From Octopus bimaculoides (taxonomy: Eukaryota), in contig NC_069001.1 of NCBI RefSeq assembly GCF_001194135.2, positions 33,113,158-33,177,157 on the forward strand: 64,000 bases of DNA. Reading direction: 5' to 3'. The position numbers were made by a program, and so were the translations under genes. The stretch's first letter is position 1. The number at the start of each line of letters is the position of its first letter. Below are positions 1 through 15,000 of the stretch, piece by piece. Below the pieces are notes generated by a model, which was not told the origin of the DNA, did no database searches, and saw nothing but the letters and a program-made list of their open reading frames with translations.

Positions 1-3000
1 ACGAACGTAACTACGTAGGTAAGTTCGTTCGTTCTTTCATTCGTTCGTTCTTTCTTTCGTTAGGTCGTTCGTTAATTCGTTCGTTCTTATTTACGTAGGT
101 ACGTTCGATCTTTAATTCGTTCGATTGTTCTGTCGTACGTTCGTTCGTACGTACTTACGTTCTTTCGTTATTTCTTACCTGCGTACGTAGGTTCGTTCAT
201 TCAATCGTTCGTACGTACGTACGTTCGTACGTACGTACGTTCGTTCTTTCATTCGTTCGTACATACGTACGTAGGTTCGTTCGTTCTTTCATTCCTTCGT
301 ACGTACGTTCGTTCGTTCGGTCGTAAATACGTACGTTCGTTTATTCGTTTTTCGTTCGTTCTTTCGTTCTTACGTACGTACGTACGTATGTTTGTTCAGT
401 AGTGCGTTCGTTCGTTCATTCATTCATTCGTTCGTTCGTTCATACGTTCTTTCGTTATTTCCTAGCTACGTACGTAAGCACGTTCGTTCGTTCCTTCCTT
501 CGTTCGTATGTTCGTTTGTTCCTTCGCTCGTTCGTACGTATATACGTACGTACTTTCGATTGTACGTTCGTTCGTTCAATCGTTCTTTTGTTCGTACGTT
601 CGTTCGTTTGTTCTTTTGTTCGTTGGTTGGTCCATCCCTCCATTCGTACGTACGTACGTTCGTTCAGTTGTACCTACGAACGTATGTGCGTACGTTCGTT
701 CGTTTGTTCGTACGAACGTACGTACGCACATATGTTCGTTCGTTCGTACGAACATAACTACGTACGTACGTAAGTTCCTTCGTTCGCTCTTTCGGTCTTT
801 CGTTCATTCGTACGTACGTACGTGCGTACGATCGTTCGTTATTTCGTTCGTTCTTACGTAAGTACGTTCGATCTTGAATTCGTTCGATTATTCGTTCGTA
901 TGTACATACGTATGTTCGTTCGTACGTTCGTACGAACGTTCTTTCGTTATTTCTTCGCTGCGTACGTACGTTCGTACGTACGTACGTACGTACGTTCTTT
1001 CGTTATTCTTCCCTGCGTACGTACGTTCGTTCGTTCGTACGTACGTACGTTCGTTCGTTCGTTATTTCCTTCCTGCGTACGTACGTACGTTCTTTCCTTC
1101 AATCGTTCGTACGTACCTACGTGTATATGTACGTTCGTTCGTTCGTACTTACGTACATACGTTCGTTCGTTCGTACGTACGTTCATTCGATTGTTCGTTC
1201 ATACGTATGTTCGTTCGTACGTACGTACGTTCTTCCGTTATTTCCTACCTACGTAATACGTAGGTACGTTCCATCGTTCGTACGTACGTACGATGTTTCG
1301 TTAATTCCTGCCTACGTAATACGTACGTACATTCGTTCGTACGTACGTTCGTTCGTACGTTCTTGCGGTATTTTCTGCCTACGTACGTATGTACGTTCGT
1401 TCGTACGTACTTACGTTCTTTCTTTATTTCTTACCTGCGTACGTAGGTTCGTTCCTTCAATCGTTCGTACGTACGTACGTTCGTTCGTTCATACGTACGT
1501 TTGTTCGTACGTAAGTTCGTTCGTTCGTACGTTCGTTCGTTCGTACGTTCGTTCGTTTCTTCGTCCCTACGTACGTACGTTCGTTCGTACCTACTTACGT
1601 TCTTTCGTTATTTCTTACCTGCGTACGTACGTTCGTTCGATGAATCGTTCGTACGTACGTATAAATATACGTTCGTTCGTACTTACGAACGTACGTTCGT
1701 TCTTTCATTAGTTCGTGCATACGTACGTACATTCGTTCGATCGTTCATACGTACGTACGTACGTAAGTTCGTTCGTTCGTCCATACGCACATACGTAAGT
1801 ACGTTCGTTCCTTCATTCGTACGTTTGTACGTTCGTTTGTTCGTTCGTTCCTTCCTACGTACGTTCGTTCGTTCGTTCGTTCCTTCCTACGTACGTTCGT
1901 TCGTTCGTTCGTTCGGTCGTAATTACGTACGTACGTCTATTTGTTTGTTTGTTCGATCGTTTGTTCGTACGCACGTTCGTTCGTACGTTCGATCGTTCGT
2001 ACGTACGTACGTTTTTTGTTCTTTCCTGCCTACGTAAAACGTACGTACGTTCGTTCGTTCGTTCGTTCTTTCATACGTACGTTCGTTCGTTCGGTCGTAA
2101 TTACATACGTTCGTTTATTCGTTTGTTCGTTCGTTCGTTCGTTTTTACGTACGTACGTACGTATGATCGTTCGTTCATTCGTTCGATCGTTCATTCATTC
2201 GTTCGTTCGTACGTTCTTTCGTTATTTCCTAGCTACGTACGTACACACTTTCGTTCGTTCCTTCGTTCGTTTGTACGTTCGTTTGTTCCTTCGTTCGCTC
2301 GTACGTACGTTTGCACGTATGTACTTTCGATTATACGTTCGTTCGTTCAATCATTCTTTCGTTCGTACGTTTGTTCGTTCTTTTGTCCTTTCGTTCGTTC
2401 GTTCGTACGTAAGCTCATACGATCGTTCGTAAGTTCGTTCGTTCATACTTACGAAAGTACGACCGTTCTTTAATTCGTTCGATTGTTCGTTCGTACGTAC
2501 GTACGTTCGTTCGTTGGTTCGCACGTACGTACGTTCTTTCGTTATTTCCTTCCTGCGTACGTATGTCTCGTTCCTTCAATCGATCGTACGTACGTGTATA
2601 TGTACGTTCGTACATACATACGTTCGTTAATTCGTTCATACGTACGTTCGTTCGTTTGTATGTTGGTTCTTTCGTATGTACGTACGATCTTTCGTTAATT
2701 CCTGCCTACGTAATACGTTCATATGTACGAGCGAATGAGAGAACGACCGAACGTACGTACGTACAAACGAACCAACGTACGAACGAACGAACGTACGTAT
2801 GAACGAATTAACAAACGTACGTACGTACGAACGAATTTACGTACGTACGTATCAACGATCGAACGAACGTACGTACGTATGTACGATGGAATGAAAGAAC
2901 GAACGTACGTACGTATTACGTAGGCAGGAAATAACGAAAGAAAATACGTACGTACGTATTACGTAGGCAGGAAATAACGAAAGAACGTACGTAATTACGA

Positions 3001-6000
3001 TCGAACGAACGTACGAATGAACGAACGTACGAACGAACGAACGTACGAACCAACGAACGTACGTATGAACGACCGCACGAACGTACGTACGTACGAACGA
3101 GCGTAATTAAGTAAGTACGAACGGGCGTACATATATACGAAGTACATATACACGAACATACATATATACGTACGTACGTACGAACGATTAAAGGAACGAA
3201 CGTACGTACGCAGGAAGGAAATAACGAAATAACGTACGTGTGAACGAAGGAACTTACGTACGTATGAACGATCGAACGAACGTACGTACGTATATACGAA
3301 CGAATGAAGGAACAAACGTACGAACGTAAGTACAAAAAACGTACATATATACTTACGTACGAACTACTGAACGAACGATCGTACGTACGCCGGTAAGAAA
3401 TAACGAAAGAACGTAAGTACGTACGAACGAACGTACGTACGAACGAACGTACTTACGAACGAACGTACGTACGTATTACGTAGGCAGGAATTAACGAAAA
3501 ATCGTGCGTACGTACGAACGAAGAAACGTACGAACTTACGTACGTAAGTAAGAACGAACGAACGCACGCACTCATTACGTAGGCAGGAAATAACGAAAGA
3601 ACGTACGTACAAAAGAACCAACGTACCTCTGAACGAATTAACGAACGTACGTATGTACGAACGAACTTACGTACGTACGTACGTATGGCCGATCGAACGA
3701 ACGTACGTACGTATGTACGAACGAATGAAAGAACGAACCAACGAACATACGTACCAATGTACGTACGAACGTACGTACGAACTTACGTACGAACGAACGT
3801 ACTTACGAACGAACGTACGTACGTATTACGTAGACTGGAATTAATGAATGATCGTACGTACGAACGAAGAAACGAACGAACTTACGTACGTACGTAAGAA
3901 AGAACGAACGAACGTACGTATGAACGAATTAACGAACGTACGTACGTATGAACGATCGAACGAATGTACGTACGTATTACGGACGCAGGAATTAACGAAA
4001 GAACGTACGTAATTACGATCGAACGAACGTACGAATGAACGAACGTACGAACGAACGAACGTACGAACCAACGAACGTACGTATGAACGACCGAACGAAC
4101 GTACGTACGTACGAACGAACGAACGTAATTACGTAAGTACGAACGGGCGTACATATATACGAACGTACATATATACGAACATACATATATACGTACGTAC
4201 GTACGAACGATTGAAGGAACGAACGTACGTACGCAGGAAGTAAATAACGAAATAACGTACGTGCGAACGAAGGAACTTACTTACGTACGTATGAACGATC
4301 GAACAAACGTACGTACGTATATACGAACGAATGAAGGAACGAACGTACGAACGTAAGTACAAACGAACGTACATATATACGTACGTACGAACTACTGAAC
4401 GAACGATCGTACGTACGCCGGTAAGAAATAACGAAAGAACGTAAGTACGTACGAACGAACGTACGTACGTACGTAGGCGAGAAATAACGAAAGAACGAAC
4501 GAACGAATATACGGACGAACGTACGTATGAACGAACGTACTTACGAACGAACGTACTTACGAACGAACGTACTTACGAACGAACGTACGTACGTATTACG
4601 TAGGCAGGAATTAACGAAAGATCGTGCGTACGTACGAACGAAGAAACGTACGAACTTACGTACGTACGTAAGTAAGAACGAACGAACGTACGTACGCATT
4701 ACGTAGGCAGGAAATAACGAAAGAACGTACGTACAAACGAACCAACGTACCTATGAACGAATTAACGAAATTACGTCCGTACGAACGAACTTACGTACCT
4801 ACGTACGTACGTATGACCGATCGAACGAACGTACATATGTACGTAAGTAAGAAAGAATGAACATACGTGCGTTTTACGTAAGCAGGAAATAACGAAAGAA
4901 CGTACGTACGTACGGACGAACAAATGTACGTACGCAGGTAAGAAATAACGAAAGAACGTAAGTACGTACGAACGAACGTATGAACGAACGTACGTACGTA
5001 CGTAGGCAACAAATAACGAAAGAACGAACGAACGAACATACGGACGAACGTACGTACGTACGAACGAAGAATTGAACGAACGTACGTACGTAAGTACGAA
5101 CGAACGAACGAATGTACGTACGTATTACGTAGGCAGGAATAAACGAAAGATCGTACGTAAGTTAATTCGAACGTACATATGATCGAATTAACGAACGTAC
5201 GTACGTACGAACGAACTTACGTACGTACGTAAGGAAGAAAGAACGAAAGTACGTACGTATTACGTAGGCCGGAAATGACGAAAGAACATACGTACGTACA
5301 AACGAACGAACGTACGAACGAACAAACGTACGTATGAACGAATTAACGAACGTACGTACGTATGTACGAACGAATAAAAGAACGAACGTACGTACGTATT
5401 ACGTAGGCAGGAAATAAAGAAAGAACGTACGTTCGTACGAATGAAGAATTGAACGAACGTACGTACGTAAGTACGAAAGAACGAGCGTACGTACGTATTA
5501 CGTAGGCAGGAAATAACGAAAGAACGTACGAACAAACGAACGAACGTACGAACGAACGAACGTACGTATTACGTACGAACGGACATACGAACGTACGTAC
5601 GTACGTATTACGTAGTCAAGAAATAACGAAAGAACGTACGTACAAAGGAATCAGCGTACGAACGAACGAACGTACGTACGTATGTAGGCAAGAAATAACA
5701 AAAGAACGAACGAACGAACATACGTACGAACGTACGTACGAACGAACGTACATACGAACGAAGGTACATACGTATTATGTAGGCAGGAATTAACAAAAGA
5801 TCGTGCGTACGTACGAACGAAGAAACGTACGAACTTACGTACGTACGTAAGTAAGAACGAACGAACGTACGTATGCATTACGTAGGCAGGAAATAACGAA
5901 AGAACGTACGTACAAACGAACGAACGNNNNNNNNNNNNNNNNNNNNNNNNNNNNNNNNNNNNNNNNNNNNNNNNNNNNNNNNNNNNNNNNNNNNNNNNNN

Positions 6001-9000
6001 NNNNNNNNNNNNNNNNNNNNNNNNNNGTACATATACACGTACGTACGTACGAACGATTGAAGGAACGAACGTACGTTCACAGGAAGGAAATAATGAAAGA
6101 ACGTACGTAGACAGGAAATAACGAACAAACGTACGTACGCAAGAAATAAAGAAAGAACGTACGTACGTATATAGGCACGAACGTACGTACGTAGGCAGGA
6201 AATAACGAAAGAGCATACGTACATAAAAAGGAACGAACGAACATACGGACGGACGTATGAATGTTCGAACTAATGAAAGAACGTAAGTACGAACGAACGT
6301 GTATATATATACGTACGTACGAACGTACATACGTACGCAGGCAAGAAATAACGAATGAACGTACGAACGAACAATCGAACTAATTAAAGAACGAACGTAC
6401 TTACGTAAGTAAGAACGAACGATCGAATGTATGTACGTACGAACGAACAAACGAAAAACGTACGTACTTACGACCGAACGTACGTAGGAAGGAACAAACG
6501 AACGTACAAACGTACGAATGAAGGAACGAACGTACTTACGTACGTACCACCGAACGAACTTACGTACGTATGTATGAACGTACGTACGTATGTACGGACT
6601 AATGAAAGAACGAACGTAAGTACGTACGAACGAACGTACGTATTACGTAGGCAGGAAATAACGAAAGATCGTACGTACGAATGAACCAACGAAAGTACGA
6701 ACGAACATACATATACACGTACGTACGTACGAACGATTGAAGGAAGGAAATAACGTACGTACGCAGGAAGGAAATAACGAAAGTACGTACGTACGAACGA
6801 ACGTATTTACGTACGTACGAACGAACGTACGTGCGTACTTACGAATGCACGAAAGAACGAACGAACTTACGTACGTACGTAGTTACGTTCGTACGAGCGA
6901 ACGGCCATACGTGCGTACGTACGTTCGTACGAACAAACGTACGTACATACGTACGTAGGAACGACTGAACGAATGTACGTACGTACGAATGGACGATCGA
7001 ACCATCGAACGAACATACGTACGAACGAACGAACGTAGAATCGAAAGTACGTACGTACATACGAACGAAGGAACAAACAAACAAACGAACGAACGATCGT
7101 GCGTACGTAGGTAGGAAATAACAAAAGAACGTACGTATGAACGAACGAACGAACATACGTACGTAAGAACGAACGAACGAAAAACGAATAAACGAACGTA
7201 AAATTACTACCGAACGAATGAACGTACGAAGGAACGAACGAACGTACGTACGTATTACGTAGGGAGGAAAGAACGAAAGAGCGTACGAACGACCAAAAGT
7301 ACGTAAGAACGTATGAACGAACGTACGTATGGACGAACAAACGAACGAACATACAAACGAATAAACGTACTTACGACCGAACGAACGAATGAATGAACGC
7401 TCGTAGGAAGGAACGAAAGAACAAACGAACGTACGAATTAAGGAACGAACGTACTTACGTACGTACGGACTGACGAACGAACGAACGTACGTATGTACGT
7501 ATGAACGATCGAACGAACGTACGTACATATGTACGAACTAATGAAAGAATGAACGTACGTACGTAAGTACGAACGAACTTACATATATACGTACGTACGA
7601 ACGATTCAACGAACGAACGTATGTATGCAGGTAAGAAATAACGTAAGTACGTACGAACGAAAGTAAGTACGTATGAACGAACGTACGTACGTAGGAAGGA
7701 AATTACAAAAGAACGGACGTACGAACGATCGTACGTACGAACGAACGTACGTACGTATTACGTAGGCAGGAATTAACGAAAGAACGTACGTAGGTACTAA
7801 CGAAGAAACGACCGAACGTAAGTACGAACGTACGTATGTATTACGTAGGCAGGAAATGACGAAAGATCATTCGTATTTACGAACGAACGTACGTATGAAC
7901 GAAAGAACGAACGTACGTACGTAAGAACGAGCGAACGTACTTACGTAAGTACGAATGAACGTACATATATACGTACGTACGTACGAACGATTGAATGAAC
8001 GAACGTACGTACGCATGAAGGAAATAACGAAAGAACGTACGTACGCAGGGAAGAAATAACGAAAGTACGTACGTATGAACGAACATACGTACGTACGTAC
8101 GAACGAACAATCGAACGGATTCAAGATCGAACGTACTTATGCAAGTAAGAACGAACGAAATAACGAACGATCGTACGTACGTACTCACGTACGATTGAAC
8201 GAAAGACCGAGCGAACGTACGTACGTACGTGCGAACCAACGAACGTACGTACGTACGAACGAATTAAAGAACGAACGTACTTACCTAAGTATGAACGAAC
8301 GAATTAACGGACGATCGTACGTGCGTACGTACGAATGAGCGAAAGAATGAACGAACTTACGTACGTACGTAGTTACGTTCGTACTAGCGAAGGAACATAC
8401 GTAAGTACGTACGTTCGTACGAACGAACGTACGTACATACGTACGTAGGAAAGACTGAACGAACGTACGTACATACGAATGGACGAACGAATCAACGAAA
8501 GAACGATCGATCGAACGAACATACGTACGAACAAACGAACAAAATAACGAAAGAACGATTAAACGAACGAACGTACAATCGAAAGTACGTACGTACATAC
8601 GTACGTACGAACGAAACAAGCAACAAACGAAAGTAGTGCGTACGTACGTAGGAAGGAAATAACGAAAGAACGTACAAACGAACGACCAAACATACGTATG
8701 TACGTAAGAAAGAACGAACAAACGAATAAATGAACGTACGTAATTACGACCGAACGAACGTACGTACGAAGGAACATAAGTACGAACGAACGTAAATATA
8801 TACGTACGAACGATTCAAGGAACGAACAACGTACGCAGGTAATAAATAACGAAAGAACGTAAGTACGTACGAACGAACGTACGTACGTAGACAGGAAATA
8901 ACGAAAGAACGGATGTACGAACGTACGTACGAAAGAACGTACGTATGTATTACGTAGGCAGGAATTAACGAAAGAACGTACGTACGTAAGTAAGTAAGAA

Positions 9001-12000
9001 AGACCGAACGAACGAATGTACGTACGCAAGTAACAAATAACGAAAGAACGTAAGTACGTACAGACGAACGTACGTATGCAGGAAATGACGAAAGAACGTA
9101 CGAACGAACGTACTTACGAACCAACGTACGTACGTATTACGTAGGCAGGAATTACCGAAAGTTCGTCCCAACGAAGAAACGAACGAACTTACGTACTACG
9201 TAAGAACGAACGAACCTACGTACAAACGAATGAACGAACGTATAAACGAACAAACGAACGTAAGTACGAACGAATGTACATATACACGTACGTACTTACG
9301 AACGATTGAAGCAACGAATGTACGTACGCAGGAAGGAAATAACGAAAGAACGTACTACGTACGAACGAACGTACGTACACAGGGAAGAAATAACGATAAA
9401 ACGTACGAACGTGCGAACGAACATACGTACATACGTACGAACGAACAATCGAACGAATTCAAGATCGAACGTACTTACGTAAGTAAGAACGAACGAAATA
9501 ACAAACGATCGTACGTACGTACGAATGAACAAAAGACCGACCGAACGAATTCAAGAACGAACGTACTTACGCAAGTATGAACGAACGAATTAACGAACCA
9601 TCATACGTGCGTACGTACGAGTGAACGAAAGAACTAAAGTACGAAAGAAAGAACGAACAAACTTACGTACGTACATAGTTACGTTCGTACGAACGAACGA
9701 CCATACGTGCGTACGTACGTTCGTACGAACAAACGAACGAACGTACGTACATACGTATGTAGGAACGACTGAACGAACGTACGAATGGACGAACGAACGA
9801 TCGAACGAACATACGTACGAACCAACGAACGAAAGAACGAATGAACGTACGAACGAAAGAACGATTGAACGAACGAACATACAATCGAAAGAACGTACGT
9901 ACATACGTACGTAAGAACGAACGAAGTAACAAACGAACGTACGAACGAACAAAGGAACGAACGAACGAACGTGCGTACGAACGTAGGTAGGAAATAACGA
10001 AAGAACGTACGAACGAACGAACGAATGAATGAATGAACGAACGAAAGAATGAACGAACGAACAAACATACGTAAGTACGTACGTAAAAACGAACGAAAGA
10101 ACGAACAAACGAATAAACGAACGTACGTAATTACGGCCGAACGAACGAACGTACCTACGTATTACGTAGTCAGGAAAGAACGAAAGAACGTCCGAAGGAA
10201 CGAATGTACGTATGAACGAACAAAAGTTCGTGCGTACGAACAAAAGTTCGTGCGTACGAACAAACGAACGAATAAACGTTGGTAGGAACGAACGAACGAA
10301 CAAACAAACGTACAAATGAAGGAACGAACGTACTTACGTACGTATGTACGGACGAACGAACGGACTTACGTACGTATGTACGTATGAACGATCAAACGAA
10401 CGTACGCACGTATGTAAGAACTAATGAAAGAACGAACGTACGTAAGTACGAATGAACATACATATATACGTACGTACGAACGATTCAAGGAACGAACGTA
10501 CGTACGCAGGTAATAAATAACGAAAGAACGTAAGTACTACGAACGAACTACGTACGTAGGCAGGAAATAACGAAAGAACGGATTACGAAAGATCGTACGT
10601 ACGAACGTACATACGAAAGAACGTACGTACGTATTACGTAGGCAGGAATTAACGAAAGAACGTACGTACGTACGAACGAAGAAACGAACGAACTTACGTA
10701 CGTACGTAAGAACGAACGAACGTATAAACGAACGAACGAACGTACATATACACGTACGTACGTAAGTAAGAAAGACCGAACGAACGTACGTAAGTAAGTA
10801 AGAAAGACCGAACGAACGAACGTACGTACGCAGGTAAGAAATAACGAAAGAACGTAAGTACGTACAGACGAACGTACGTATGCAGGAAATGACGAAAGAA
10901 CGTACGAATGAACGTACTTACGAACGAACGTACGTACGTAAGTACGAACGAACGTACATATACACGTACGTACGAACAATTCAAAGAACGAACTACGTAC
11001 ACAGTTAAGAAATAACGAAAGAACGTAAGTACGTACGAACGAACGTACGTACGTAGGCAGGAAATAACGAAAGAACAGACGTACGAATAAACGTACGTAA
11101 GAACGAACGTACGTACGAACAAACGTACGAACGTATTACGTAGGCACGTACGCAAGTACGTGCGAACGAACGAACGAACGAACGAACGTACATATACACG
11201 TACGTACGTACGATCGATTAAACGAAAGAAACGTACGTACGTACGTAAGAACGAACGAACAAACGAATAAACGAACGTACGTAATAACGACCGAACGAAC
11301 GAACGTACGTACGTACGTATTACGTAGGCAGAAAAGAACGAAAGAACGTACGTATGTACGAACGAACGAACGTACGAAAGAACGAAAGTAGGTATGAACG
11401 AACGTACGTACGTACGAACAAACGAACTAACAAGCAAACGAATAAACGTACGTACGTACTTACGACCGAACGAACGAAAGAACGAACGTACGAATAAGGT
11501 ACGAACGTACTTACGTACGTACGTACGAACGAACGAAGTTAAGTACGTACGTATGTATGAACGAACGAACGAACGTACGTACATATGTACGAACTAATGA
11601 AAGAACGAACGTACGTAAGTACGAACGAACGTACATATATACGTACGTACGAACGATTCAACGAACGAACGTACTTAAGTACGAACGAACGAACGAACGT
11701 ACGTACGTACGCAAGTACGAACGAACGTACGTACGTACGCAAGTACGAACGAACGTACGTACGTACGCAAGTACGAACGAACGTACGTACGTATTACGAA
11801 GGAAGGAAATAACGAAAGAACGTACGTACTTACGAACGAACGTACGAACGTATGAACCAACGTGCGTGCGAACGAACGTACGAACGAACGAACTTACGTA
11901 TGATCGAACAAACAAACGAACGAACGAACGTACATATATACGTACATACGTACGAACGATTGAAGGAACAAACGTACGTTCGAACGACCGAACTTACGTA

Positions 12001-15000
12001 CGTACGTCCATATGAACGATCGAACGAACGTACGTACGCAGGTAAGAGATAACGAAAGGACGTAAGTACGTACGAACGAACGTACGTACGTACGTAGGCA
12101 GGAAATAACGAAAGAACGTACGAACGAACGTACGTACGTATTACGTAGGCAGGAATTAACGAAAGAACGTACGTACGTAAGAACGAAGAATTGAACGAAC
12201 GTACGTACGTAAGTACGAACGAACGAACGAACGTACGTACGTATAACGTAGGCAGGAAATAACGAAAGAACGTACGTACTTACGATCGAACGAACGTACG
12301 AACGAATGAGCGTACGTATGAACGACCGAACGTACGTACGTATATACGAACGAATGAAACAGCGAACGCACGTACGTATTACGTAGGCAGGAAATAAAGA
12401 AAGAAAGTACGTACGTACGAACGAACCAACGTACGAACGAACTAACGTACGTATGAACGAATTAACGAACGTATGTACATATACACGTACGTAGGATCGA
12501 TTGAAGGAACGAAACGTACGTACGCAGGAAGGAAATAACGAGAGAGCGTACGTACGTGTGAACCAACGAACGAACGAATTAAAGAACGATCGTACTTTCG
12601 TAAGTATGAACGAATATATACGTATGTACGAACGATTCAACGAACGAACGTACGTACGCAGGTAAGAAGTAACGAAAGAACGTAAGTGTGAACGAACGAA
12701 CGTACGAACGAACGAGCGTGCGTATGAACGAACGAACGTAGGTACTATGAACGAACGAACGTACCTACGTTAGTACGGACAAACGTACATATATACGAAC
12801 GTACATATATACGAACATACATATATACGTACGTACGTACGAAAGATTGAAGGAACGAACGTACGTACGCAGGAAGGAAATAACGAAAGAACGTACGTGC
12901 GAACGATGGAACTTACGTACGTACGTATGAACGATCGAACGAACGTACGTACGTAAGTACAAACGAACGTACATATATACGTACGTAAGTACGATCGTTT
13001 GAACAACGAACGTACGTACGCAGGTAAGAAATAACGAAAGAACGTAAGTACGTCCGAACGAACGTACGTATGTACGTAGGCAGGAAATAACAAAAGAACG
13101 TACGAACGAACATACGTACGAAAGAACGTACGAACAAGCGTACGTACGAACGAACGTATGTACGAACAAACGTACGTACGTGTTACGTAGGCAGGAATTA
13201 ACGAAAGATCGTACGTAAATATGAACGAAGAGACGAACGAACTTACGTATGTACGTAAGTAAGAACGAACGTACGTACGTACGTATTACATAGGCACGAA
13301 AGAACGTACGTACGAAAGAACCAACGTACGAACGAACGGACTAAAGAACAACAGAACGAACAAACGTACGAACGAAAGAACGATTGAACGAACGAACGTA
13401 CAATCGAAAGTACGTACGTGCATACGTACGTTCGAGCGAACGAAGGAACAAACGAATGTAAAAACGAACGAATGAACGAACGAAAGTGCGTACGTACATA
13501 GGTAGGAAAAAAGGAATGAATGAATGATCGAACGAACGAACAAACGATCATACGTACGTAAGTACGTAAAAACGAACGAACAAACAAACGAATAAACGAA
13601 AGTACCTCATTACAACCGAACGAAGGAACTACGTATGGAGGAACGAACGAATGAACGCACGTACGTTTTACGTAGGCAGGACAGAACGAAAAAACGTAAG
13701 TACGTACGAACGATCGAACGTACGAACGAACGAAAGTACGTATGAACGAACGAACGTACGTACGTACGAACAAACGATCGAACAAACAAACAAATAAACG
13801 TACGTACGTAATTACGACCGAACGAACGAACGTACATACGTATTACGTAGAGAGGAAATAACGAAAGAACGTACGTACTTACGGACGAACGAATATACGA
13901 ACGTACGAACGAACGAACGTACGAACGAACGAGCGTACGAACGAACGAACGTACTATGAACGAAGGAACGTACGTATGTACGACCGATTGACGGAACCAA
14001 CGTACGTACGCAGGAAGGAAATTGCGAAAGAACGTACGTACGAACGAACGAACTTACGTACGTACGTATGAATGATCGAACTAACGTACGTACGTGTGTA
14101 CGAACGAATGAAAGAACGAACGGACGTACGTAAGTACTTATATACGTACGTACGTATGAACGATTGAACAAACGAACGTACGTACGCAGGTAAGAAATAA
14201 GGAACGTACGTACGTACGAACGAACGTACGTACGAACGAACGTACGTAGTACGTAGGCAGGAAATATCGAAACAACGTACGAAAGAACGTACGTACGAAC
14301 GAACCAACGTACGAACTAACGAACGTACGTATGAACGAACGTACGTACGTACGAACGAACGTACGTACGTAAGTACGAACGAACGTACATATACAGGTAT
14401 GTACGTACGAACGAACTTACGTACGTATCACAAAGGAAGGAAATAACGAAAGAACGTACGTACTTACGAACGAACGTACGAACGTACGAACGAACGTACG
14501 AACGAACGTGCGTACGATCGAACGTGCGTACGAACGAACGTACGAACGAAGGAACTTACGTAAGATCGAACAAACGAACGAACGAACGTACTTACGTAAG
14601 TACAAACGAACGTACGTACGCAGGGAAGAGATAACGAAAGAACGTAAGTACGTACGGACGAACGTACGTACGTACGTAGGCAGGAAATAACGAAAGAACG
14701 TACGAATGTACGTACGTATTACATAGGCAGGAATTAACGAAAGAACGTACGTACGAACGAACAAACGATCGAACGAACGTACGTACGTGCAAACGAACGA
14801 ACGTACGTACGTAACGACAAACGAACGAACATATATAGGTACGTACGTACGAACGATTGAACGAACGATCGTACGTACGCAGGTAAGAAATAACGAAAGA
14901 TCGTACGAACGAACGTACGTACGTACGTAGGCAGGAATTAACGAAAGATCGTACGAACGAACGTACGAACGAACGTACGAACGAACGTACGAACAAACGT

